Position numbers and translations under genes: made by a program. Under the pieces are notes generated by a model. The model was given only the letters and a program-made list of their open reading frames with translations, was not told where the DNA came from and did not search any database. DNA of 64,000 bases from Psammoneis japonica. Taxonomy: Eukaryota. The DNA lies in the NCBI GenBank assembly GCA_008632985.1, contig QPGO01000161.1, positions 1-64,000 of the forward strand. Reading direction: 5' to 3'. Below, piece after piece: positions 12,901 to 23,399 of this stretch. Position 1 is the first letter of the stretch. Each line of letters begins with the position of its first letter.

Positions 12901-15900
12901 CAGCAATGATTTGCTTTTCCCACAAAACACCTGCCTTGGGATGGCCTTGAAGAGCATGAAGGACTAGAAGTGCATGACCCAGGTTCACACCTTTGCCAAA
13001 ATGGCCTTTTGACACTCACAACAAGTGCCGTCAACCACCACATGTGAGCTGGAGCAGAAGGAAAGGGGAGGTGAGTGAGCACGCACATCACAAGCATCTC
13101 CAGAAAACACTCAACAAATTGAACCTGCACTCAAGGCAAAGAAGAGCCGCTGGATCAACACACAAAGAACAGGCAGCCAGAAGCAAGCTTGTGGAGTGTG
13201 GGAACTGCTTTCTTGCATCAATCTCCACATTGTCTAGAATGGCCTTCACCTGCAGGCTTGAGATGATGTGTTGCCAGTGCAGTTGCATGACAGTGGCACC
13301 AGGTGGTTGAGGTTGCGGAGGTCCATGAATGCCAAGAGGAGCACAGAATTGACCCAACTGTTTCCATTTGCCTGCCTGTCATTTGAGCCGAGCAGCCAGT
13401 TTGCGAATGCAAGAGTGAAAAGACAATCCAGAGCCGCTTCCTCCTCAGCAATTTCATAAAAAACATGGCATTGAGGTGGGCACAAAATGCATTGTCCAGA
13501 ATTGCATCCTCAGAAAAATCATCTTTTGGACAGACAATGGAGGCAATCTCCCAAACTTCCTCAAGAGCAATCTGAGGGATGCGGGCTTCATTGTCAATTG
13601 GGGAGTCTGTGTCACACTTCATGTGGTCTTCCACTGCATGATGAAGTTGACAAGAGTCCAGGCAGTGTTTGGGTGCAAAAACAATGTCAAAAAGGGGGGG
13701 AAATGGATTCATCAAATGCCTGGCAAGAGCAGACTCAGCATGGATGATTGGCATCAAAAGGTTGGTGTTGATGAAGCAAACTGAGTTGCCCAGTGCATGA
13801 CACCCACACACCAGCCAGTGTCAACCTGAGTTTGGCAGTGAGCACTGTCATGCAAGACATGATTGACAGGAGCCACTGGGGCATCAAGAGAGTGAAATGC
13901 AATGTCTGCATGATGGGGTGGGATGAGAGGTGAGATGTGGACAGCGCTGAGCAGAGAAAGGTGTGCTTCCTCTTCCAAATCAAGGCATTCAAAGCCCAAA
14001 CTGTGTCAACATTGGCAGCATGGGGAACAGGAGATCCTTGCACTTTCTCTGGGTGATGTTTCACTCTCCTCCCCTTGTCTGGAGTGGATGGGTCATCATC
14101 AGGAATGGCAGCAATGCAAGGGGTGCCAGCAGAGGCTTGAGAAATGTCATTGGCACCCCCAAAGAGGCACGGAAGCAAGTGGCAACAAGTTGGTTGGACC
14201 CTCTTTCACAGTTGCCTTGCACTCATTGGTGTGATCAGAGAAAGAGGCACAGGGCAGCATTGCACATCCAAAATTAAAAATGGTCCAGACAAAAATCCAA
14301 GCTGTTGTCTGTCTGCAACACAGCAGCTTCATCCTGGAGATGTCATTTGCATTGTGCAGATTGACAGAAGAAATGAATCACATGTGAATGAGGAACGCAG
14401 CATTGTGCTCAAGATGGGACACTGTGCAAACTTGTGTTTGCCATTGCATGGCAGTCACAGGTGGTGGCGGTCTGCAGCAGTGGGGTCCTGCTTGATCTGG
14501 CAAACACCAGCAGTGTGTGATCCATGTGGAGCATGAGCAGTGTCATCTTCTGGAATCTCCATGGCAGCCAGTTCATTGACCAGCACATTGACAGCATCAT
14601 CAACTGGCTCAACAGGAGGAAGTTTCTTGGTTTCCGGAGTCAATGGCTCTTTGGGTTCTGGCAAGCATGTGAGCTGATGAATGGGTTCTTCACATTCCAG
14701 CAAATGTGTGAGCTGGCAAACCGGTGCACCATTGTGGGGATTGCATGGTGGATGGTTGTTCTGGCTGGAGGTGCAATGAGCAGGACATGCAGGAGTGTCA
14801 GGGCATTGAGCAGGACTGTCAGGTTCATTGAGAATGAGAGTCAGCATCTCAACAATCTTCTGGGCCTTGAATTGATTGACCTTGTTGGAGTTGTTCTTGC
14901 AAGCATTGGCTGTTTTGCAATGAGTGCATTCTCCACACTTCATGCCACCAATGAAGATGTCAAGTCAACCAAGAATGTCCAAGGATGCATCCACATTGGC
15001 ATCAACAGTGTGCACTTGATGGAAGTCCTTGAACAGAGCACAACAGCTGAGGACGGTGTCTTCAGTTTTGTGGGGGCAGCCACAGATCAGGTCATGTGAA
15101 CGGTTGCATGCCAAATGGGTGGGCAATCAAATGGGGCAATCTTGAGGGTGGAGCATCTGTCTCCATGGCACCATCAAACAACATCAGGAAACTTGGAGTC
15201 AGCAGGGAACAAACCTGGCTTCTGGAGGCACAAAAATCATGAAAGTCATTTGTTTCAGAGGCAGAGCCAAGCATTGAGGGAGATCAGCAGTTTTGTCATT
15301 TTTTCAGATGCAAGCCCCCAATCACCACAATCTTTTGCAAAGCACCAAAGGAGCAAATGTGTGTGCCATGAGATGCAACCTGTTGAGTGAAGACATTGCG
15401 ACATGCACGCAGGCTTTGAGGTGAAGCATCATTGCAAAACAGGGCATCATGCAGAAAAGATCCATCACATGGAAAGAGGTGCTCAGTGCCATCCAAGGCT
15501 CCATTCTTGCAGGGAGTCAAAGAGTTGCCGAGCATGACTTTGCCATCCTCCTTCTTGCATTCACATCATGCCAACACATCAGGAGGCAGTGTCTTTGGAT
15601 TGAATGTGCAAGCTGGAGATGACAGTGTTGATGAGGCAGGTGGTTGTGGAACTTGTTGAGGGTGGGGGCACACAGTTCATTGCTCGTTTCATGGCCTGCT
15701 CATGCTGAGCAGAACCAGGCAGATGATTGGCCAAGGCTTTGGCAAACTTGTTGTGATCAAGGACTAGAGCAGGAACAGTCTTGGCAGGTGGTGCACCAGA
15801 CGGAGCTTTCGTGTCACAGGGCTTGGCAGAAATGTCTTCTGAGTTGGCATGTGAAGCAATGCCAGTGCAGAGGAAGAGAGGTGCAGTGCCAACATGGACA

Positions 15901-16900
15901 AGCTTGGTGTCTTCATCTTCCAAAATTGCTTGAGTCATTGCCTTCAGTGGCTACAACAGGTTGAGCCGTTTCTCAAGTTGTCCAAACACACTGACAAAGA
16001 AAGGAGGAACAACCTTGTCAAAGATGGACTTGATGACAGAGGTTTTTCACATGGATCATTTAAAGAGCAATCAGTTCATGGATGATCTTCTTGCAAAGGA
16101 TCTGTGCAGAATCAATGTGAAGTCCATGGGGAGTGAAATCATTCAGAAATGGTCAAAAAGCTCTCTTGCACCTTCTTTCAGGTCAAATTTGTGAAGCTGA
16201 CATTTGAAGACAGGTGGAACATTTTCTGCTGTGTTTTTTTTGTGTCTGCTGCTGGGTGTGGACTTTGCTTGTTCACTCTTTAGCCACAGCAAATTTGTTT
16301 GGCCCTGCACAACAAGCGCCCGGTTGTTTCCTGTCTGGACCCCCAAAGCATTCATGCAGCCATTGTCTCCCTGCCACATCTTCTTTGATGTGCTGGGGAG
16401 TGTGGGTCCACTGTGTGGTCAGTGTTGCTGGGCCAACAGTGAGGCAATGGTGCAGCCAACTTCCATTTCTTTGTCTGCAAGGTGCCAAGGATGAGGGCCT
16501 CTGCTTGTGCCCCAGCAACAAGAGCCAGCGAGTTGCTTGTTTCATGGACTCTCAAATTTTGCTGGACTCTGGCAACACAAAGGCTCCCAAGACCCTGCGA
16601 GCATCAAGTCTCCTCCAGGGTGCATCATTTTACATTGTGGTTGCCCCACTTTGTTGGTTTCCAAGCAGGGTGTGCCACAGTGCACTGGTGCTGGCCCCAG
16701 CTTTTTGGAGCGACCTTGGGGGATTTCCCAGTTTTTTGGCATTCTTGCACCCCCCCCCCCCCCCCCCCCCCCCCGAACTCTCAAGCGGTGTCCATGCAAA
16801 TGTGGCCCAAAAGCGTCATGCTGGAAGTCACGTGGCGGCAGGGGGGTTTGTGACAACAATTTGTTCGAGGCATTTTTGGTGACGCCCTAGCACCATGGCG
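9950..16900 (-). mobile_element. Degenerate Ty1/Copia LTR retrotransposon (CoDi-like), TpA- and CpG-depleted
   Basis: Minus-strand RT remnants PPGATVMQLHWQH, VLHALQGHPKAGVLWEK and LLLQWVDNFSLA (xVDD region). RNase H remnants ATSFAEAEF, CHIDT and PVDVLTKVVGWALHAHHA*RLMG (about 11755-12110). Gag-like region about 14500-16500. No LTR pair found. 9950-11700 is unidentified but has the same composition. Confidence 0.85.
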
Positions 16901-17308
16901 CATCCTCTCAATTTTTGGAATTGCGTTGTTCACCATGTAAATGTTGCTTTTGTCTTGGACTCTGCCTTACAGTAGAGTTGTACGTATTTCTTTATTTGTC
17001 ATCTTAAATGACATGGTCAGTGGTACAAATATACTTTTAAATGTATCAGCATTATCATGTAATAGTTAATTAAGTGTAAACTACTTATGCGCAGAAGGCA
17101 CAGATGTGTCATGGGCAATATGAAGGGCAGTATAATATTAATAATGATTTTTAACTATGGCATAATGTTGTTACATTTAGTCATAAGTGTTTTTCAACAC
17201 ACGATTTGATCCTCCCATCCTTTCATCTCGGAGACGATCTGATGTCGCGATACGTCTCACAAAATGGCAATCGAACATTGAGTTAAGCTAGGCAGTTCAT
17301 TCGCAACA

Positions 17309-19997
17309 ATGTTCACCAGTAGAGCAGTTCTTCTACTGTTAGCTGCAGCCTTTGGTTCGCAGAGGAGCGACGCCCAACCGGTACGGAAAGATGATTCGTG
17401 TGTACTTTGTTGAGGAGTGTGTGTTCTTACTACTTCCTTTTTGATTACTCACAAGATTTTTTCAAATAAATCCGTTTTACAAAGGGAGAAGAAGACTATG
17501 TTCTAGAAGACCCTCTGTTTCTCGGCGATCTCCAGAGGGAACTTGGTACCGACATGGGCGTCCCCGGCATCGAGACAAATGCCATTTGCATGAATGACGC
17601 TGCTGGTGAACCCGGGCTTACATGTACCTCCAACGCTGTCGATTTAGCATCGGCTATCCCACCCGCAAATGTTACGGGCTGCAACGCTGAAGGTGATGAT
17701 GTCAGTTTCACTTTGCAGTTCCAACTCGATATAAATGCAGGTCAACGCTTCGACGTTGGCATTTGGTTTTCAGAAACGGGTACGAGCGCCCAAACAGGAG
17801 TCTGCACTGTGGTGAATCTTCCGTGGGGACAGTCACCGACTTATGTTGACTTGGATATGGCGAACAACCCTTTTCCAGGAGGCGGCGGAAGTGCCCCTCC
17901 ATCTAACATACAAGATACGTGCGGAGACCTTGACAAAAGTTCTCAAACGTTCCCTGTCATGCTGACCATCCCCTTGACGGTGAAATGCGTCGATCTAGTT
18001 GGCAATGATCGAATGTTAGATGTACCGTACTGCACCAGCTGGAGGACATCAGGAACGACTAAGAACACTCTATGCACATCCCCTCTTGAAACCTTTCCTC
18101 TTGAAAAAAGCATGTGCAGATGCGAAATGCTATCGCTCCCCATTGTTGTACCAGGCACGCCGAGTCCCACGCCATCACCCACCCCGAGTCCAACACCTGC
18201 GCCAACTCCTTCCCCTACCCCGAGTCCGACGCCGTCTCCAACTCCAGGTCCTACCCCGAGTCCGACGCCGTCTCCAACTCCAGGTCCTACCCCGAGTCCG
18301 ACGCCGTCTCCAACTTCTGCTCCTACCCCGAGTCCGACGCCGTCACCAACTTCTGCTCCTACCCCAAGTCCGACGCCGTCCCCTACACCAGCGGAAACGC
18401 CGTCTCCAACCCCTGCTCCTACACCAGTGCCAACGCCGTCTCCAACTCCATCTCCTACACCAGCGACAACGCCGTCTCCAACTCCAGCTCCTACCCCGAG
18501 TCCGACAATGTCGCCCACACCCGCACCAACGCCGATTCCAACTCCCGCTCCTACCCCGAGTCCGACACCGTCACCTACACCTGCACCAACGCCGTCACCA
18601 ACTGTGCGGAAGGGAGCTTGCTGCCCACCAGCAGGATCCAACAGGGTTTGCTTCAAGGGAACTGAAGAAGAATGTCTTTTAAATTACGGACTTTGGCAAG
18701 GAAACGGCGTAACGTGCAAGGACGTAGATTGCCCTACCTTATCTCCTACGACTTCTCCTACCGACAGCTCTACCGTGGCACCAACTACCCCGACTCCGAC
18801 CGCAGCTCCAACGACCCCGGCTCCTACCAAAGCTCCTACACTGCCACCGACAAAAGTTGATCAAAGCCCTGGTGCATGCTGCACCTTGTTTTATGGTTGC
18901 AAGTTCCTTTCTCAGGAGACGTGCGCTTTGGGTGGTGGTACATTTACGAAACCAAACCAAAAGTGCAATGACACTGAATGCCCCACTAAAGGAGCTTGCT
19001 GCTTGGAAGATGGATGCAGGAAAACCTTCAAGAAGGAGTGTACCAACCAAGGTGGCGAGTTCAAGGGATTAGGTGTGCCATGTGAGCCCGGTTTGTGCCC
19101 GACTAAACCGCCAACCCCAGCTCCAACCACCGCTAAGCCTAGCATGAGACCCACCGTAACTCCTCCCCCGACTGGAGCGTGCTGTGATTTCAAGAAGGAT
19201 GAATGTGAGCAAACCACGGAAGAAGATTGCAACACGGGCGTATTCTTAGGACTTGGAGTCAAGTGCAAGCCGGGCATTTGTCCTACAAGGACTTCTCCTG
19301 GAGCGTGTTGCCTCAAATCTGGAAAGTGCCGTACTGGTCTCAAAAGACATGCACTACCAACGGAAACTTCTTCTTGGGTCCTGGTACTTCCTGTAGGAAC
19401 GTGGTGTGCGCAGTCAAGACTCCAAGCCCAACCCCTACTCCTGCCAAGAAACCGCTCGGAGCCTGCTGCTTTGACAGTGGACTTTGCCGCAACCTTATTC
19501 CTGCCGTGTGTAGGAGGAGGTACGGCAAGTTCATCGCTATTGGTACAATGTGTAAGCCTGACAATACCTGTCCCGTTGGGAGGCGCGGCGGCAAGCCTGG
19601 TGCGTGTTGTTTGGTTGAAAAGAAGCAATGCAGAACTCTCAAGGAGAAGCAGTGCATCAAGAGGGGTGGACATTTTGCTGGAAAAGGTGTCAAGTGCAGC
19701 AAGAGATCGTGCCCGGCCGCCTATGGTGCATGCTGCTTGCCCAATGGATCGTGCGTCGTGTTGAAGAAGAAGCAGTGCATCAAGAAGAAGCACGGAAAGT
19801 TTGTCGGATTAGATACCAAGTGTCGCAAAAAGACATGCGCCTCAGAAATAGGGGCCTGTTGCTTGAGTAGCGGCAAGTGCATAATGTTGAAACATTCCAA
19901 GTGCTACAGGCGCGGCGGGAAATTCGTTGGAGATGTCAAGTGCCGCAAGAAGTTATGCCGCAAGAGACCTGATTACTACGAGTACTTCGCAACCTGA
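17309..19997 (+). CDS. Paralog A2 of the GACC-repeat secreted protein; join(17309..17380,17485..19997) with a 1-nt deletion near 19332
   Basis: Same signal exon and intron as A1 and near-identical N-terminal domain, with a longer PT linker. tgccgtactggtct versus A1 tgccgttacttgtct shifts the frame; the 19227..19997 frame restores the GACC repeats. Confidence 0.8.
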
Positions 19998-20324
19998 TTT
20001 ACCATGCGAGAAACATGAAATGGAAATTCTCAGATTGATTTTGTTGAGATTGTTTGTGCATAGTTTGCCGAATCGGTTGACCGTAGTTTTTGATAAAAAA
20101 ATAAGTTGCTTGATTCGTCATCGATTGAAACGCACTGTTAAACTCGAATGAGTGAGCGTGTGTATTTTGCGCTTGTGGCAAATAAACGGAGTAATAGCGA
20201 ATTCGCTTTACAAGCGGGACATTGCCATCGCGACTGTACTCTGGCTCTTGCTTGTTTCCTCTATCTTTCTTTTCCTCATTGGCACCCCCCTCACAAAGAT
20301 CGCAGCTCCGTGTCAGCGTCATTT

Positions 20325-20760
20325 TGTATCTAAAGGGAAGAGTCAGATTTGGATTCTCGCAGAAGGTGGTGCAAAAGCTTGCGTCGACTCATGATGGCAG
20401 TCGATCAAGACTCTCAACTCTGGTCAGACTGGCTCTAATTAGAAGGCCGTTACTATTCTTGGCATGGGCCGCAAAAAAGGGTGATAAGATGCGAAAGTTT
20501 GAATGAGATTTGATGTGGGATGCGAAACTACACACCCAGATTTGAGACAGTCTTTTTGAGATTAGCCGATATATCGATATTGAAAGCATGTAGCAGTCGC
20601 AAAAGGCGGTGCAACCATAAAAGCGCCCATACGATAGAGCAGATGAATTAGACGAATGACACAAAAACACATGCTCCGTAAAAGACAGCAACGCACCGTT
20701 TCTACTGTAATGAAAGTGCTTTGCGTGAGTGAATCATCACACTCGTTCAACTCCAATAAC
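20325..20760 (+). repeat. Downstream flank and repeat X, copy 3 (unmutated)
   Basis: Matches 9650-9945 and 6085-6290 and retains its TA and CG dinucleotides. Confidence 0.8.
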
Positions 20761-21154
20761 GCCCCATGAGAGACCGTAGTATCTTTTTGGAGAGTCTCGA
20801 AAGGAACAGCACTTACCATGGGTTTGTAATTTACGAGATCAAGGTTCGTGATCTCATTCACAAAACATAATATCAGGCGGGAATTTGGGGTGTATCATAA
20901 AAAATGCGACACACATATATTAATATATATATACAAAGAGAAAGCAAGGGGGTTTATCTAAAGAAGTTAAATACAAATATGAAAATATTCAAATATATTG
21001 TATTCAGTGTTGTATTACCAGACGTACGGAAACTCCCGCTTGCTCCCGCTCACAAATTGGCGAGGGCGTCGAGAGAGCTTTTCACAGCGCAGCACAACAA
21101 TGTCATAAAAAATAAAGACGCATCATAAACTGACTGGCAGATACGAACATAACA

Positions 21155-21994
21155 ATGAAGGCTTCTGGTGACAGCACGCTGTCATTGCTCGAGCTTGGAG
21201 ACGACGTCGTTTCTCAAGTGTGTACGTTTCTCGACGTCAGGGCGCTTTGTCGTTTCGAGCAGTCTTGTCGACGTGGCGTTCGTTTCACCCCGACTGCGTG
21301 GCATCGATTGAGCCAAGACAAAAGTGTACATGATGAAGAAACCAGTAATGACGCTCCACGCATCATTGTGGAACGTCGACATCGGCTCATTTCGTTCGCA
21401 ATGAGAATGAAACAAGAGGCCGACCAACATTATGGCGGTTACAGTGATCATGAATTGATGGACGTTACTTGTCCTGGTAAATGCAGTCTTCCCATGTTTC
21501 TTGATGTTGCCATGCCCATAGCTTCCCCAGAAAGTTACCGTTTCTGTTGCCATTATGGCGGTTACAGTGATCATGAATTGATGGACGTTACTTGTCCTGG
21601 TAAATGCAGTCTTCCCATGTTTCTTGATGTTGCCATGCCCATAGCTTCCCCAGAAAGTTACCGTTTCTGTTGCCATCTGTCCTATTTGGACAATATTCAA
21701 GAGTTCTGTTTCCCAGCCTTTGATGTTCTTCCCGCTGCTGGATACTTGTCTCCCTCATTTTATGATTTGGATCTGCCAGAAGAAGAAGACCTATTAAAGC
21801 ATTTTGCAACGATTCGATCTCATAAACTTCCTATTCAGAGCGAATGGCTGAAGACTTTACTGTTTGAACACAGCGTTGGTTTGAGATCTGGAACACCAGA
21901 GGACGAGTATTTTTCAAACCTCCGTATCGTTGTAGCCGTTGCAAGAGGGGATGACGCTCGCAGTTTGTACCCCTCGCTACTGCACCCATTATAA
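21155..21994 (+). CDS. F-box-like protein with an internal exact 41-aa duplication
   Basis: N-terminal LLELGDDVVSQVCTFLDVRALCRFEQSCRR resembles the F-box consensus. The 3' end is uncertain. Confidence 0.55.
   Translation: MKASGDSTLSLLELGDDVVSQVCTFLDVRALCRFEQSCRRGVRFTPTAWHRLSQDKSVHDEETSNDAPRIIVERRHRLISFAMRMKQEADQHYGGYSDHELMDVTCPGKCSLPMFLDVAMPIASPESYRFCCHYGGYSDHELMDVTCPGKCSLPMFLDVAMPIASPESYRFCCHLSYLDNIQEFCFPAFDVLPAAGYLSPSFYDLDLPEEEDLLKHFATIRSHKLPIQSEWLKTLLFEHSVGLRSGTPEDEYFSNLRIVVAVARGDDARSLYPSLLHPL
21428..21673 (+). repeat. Exact 123-bp tandem duplication (in frame)
   Basis: 21428-21550 equals 21551-21673, with cat microhomology at the junction. Confidence 0.95.
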
Positions 21995-22624
21995 GACTCG
22001 AAGGTTGGGTGAAATGAGCGGAACCCTCGAGATCCACAGGGATGAGTTGTGGGTTAGGCTAATTCTTCATCACTCACCGCCTGAAGTGCTCAAGCCAGAG
22101 GGCGCGTGGTGATTCAGAACAATTTCAATTTGACAAGAATTGACCAACGCCGCGCACGTGTGCATCTAGAAAGAACGATTTCGATAACATACTGTAGTAA
22201 ATGAGCTCCTTGTTTTTTCCCCTGTCACTTGAGACGTTCCGCGCGAGGACAGGGTGTACCTCAAACTACGCAGTACTTTGTCGTTGCGCATTGTATGCTC
22301 TCGTTTTGATAAGTGACGAAAAGTAGACTTGCGATTTCGCCATGTTGACGAACCTCGTCTCCAAAACAAATTGCTTCTCTTGACGCCTTACTTCTTCCGC
22401 ATGGCCCTTAGACGATGCTTGCCATACCGGTACTACCGTAGTAGAGTACTTAATCAGTGCTTTCGTTCTATTCACGAACAAAAGTAAAAAGGAGGTGTGT
22501 ATAGACAGTCGAGTTTAGAATGAGTCGTAATTGTTAGTGTAATTAGCTAGTGTTGATATATGCTGAAGAAAGAGTCTTCATACGGTAGGCCAATGTTGCA
22601 TCAAACAGCAGTCGTTTGATCAAA

Positions 22625-23260
22625 TTAGTTCAAGTTTTCCAGGATTCCCTTTCCATTGACAAGCTCCTGGGCCATGAAACCAGCGGCGGCAATCATGGCG
22701 AGGCGTCCGTTCTGGAGCTCCTTGGTGGCCATAATGTCAAATTCTTCAGGGTCGGAAGGCTTGAGGTTCAAGGGATCAAAACCGATATCACCAGGGTAGT
22801 AGTCGGCCTTCAGAAGTCCGGGCTGATCAACAGGAACATCGGCAGGGTCGACCCATCCAATCTCGGCACGCTTTTGTTCAGCGGCACCAATTCCGGTAAT
22901 CAAAAGTGCCCAGAAAAGAGGAGGAACTTGGGAAAGATGGGAAATGGCAGGTCCAGTGATTTGGGCATCGAAAAGGAAGGAAGATCCCTCAACCTTTTCT
23001 CCAACCAAGAATCCGAGAACCGCAAGCATGGCAACACGTCCGTGCGTGACCTCGGCCTCACGGTAACGCTTGAGGGTGTTGGCGTCGGCCTTGGCGGCAA
23101 AATTGAGAGGATCGAAGATACCGGTAGGAGCAATGGCACCGGGGATAGTATCAACCGTGTAGGCAGGGGCCGAAGCAGCGGTCTGGGCCTTCTTGGCACC
23201 GAAAGGTCCAAAGGCAGAAGTGGTAGAGGCGAGAGCGAGGACGGAGAGAGCGAGCTTCAT
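22625..23260 (-). CDS. LHCX: Photoprotective fucoxanthin-chlorophyll a/c binding protein, LHCX/LI818 clade
   Basis: Bipartite plastid targeting (signal peptide plus SAF). Motifs FDPL, YREAEVTHGRVAMLA, GEKVEGSSFLFDAQITGPAISHL, RAEIGWV, YYPGDIGFDPL and KELQNGRLAM. Intronless. Confidence 0.95.
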   Translation of the reverse strand: MKLALSVLALASTTSAFGPFGAKKAQTAASAPAYTVDTIPGAIAPTGIFDPLNFAAKADANTLKRYREAEVTHGRVAMLAVLGFLVGEKVEGSSFLFDAQITGPAISHLSQVPPLFWALLITGIGAAEQKRAEIGWVDPADVPVDQPGLLKADYYPGDIGFDPLNLKPSDPEEFDIMATKELQNGRLAMIAAAGFMAQELVNGKGILENLN

Positions 23261-23399
23261 GATGAGTTGGGGTAAGTTTGCCGATTTGAAAAATTGTGAG
23301 ACGAGCTAGTGAAAAGTGTGTGAGAACGCTGAGTCCCAAACGCACTCGTCAGCGGGATCTATACGTCGTCCATGGTGACATCAGATCCTCACCAGCTCT

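Noticed and set aside
16750..16774. Long poly-C/poly-G runs (also near 10604, 42268 and 49122), (CT)n near 40863 and (CTCCAG)5 at 27159
   Set aside because: Simple slippage repeats whose lengths are unreliable in this assembly, with no evidence of function.
9727..16890. Dense overlapping Cys/His-rich ORFs in all six frames (also at 23.5-29.7, 39.5-45.2, 47.2-49.7 and 63-64 kb)
   Set aside because: These are a by-product of TpA loss, which removes TAA/TAG stops and Tyr codons. They are not real genes or metal-binding proteins.
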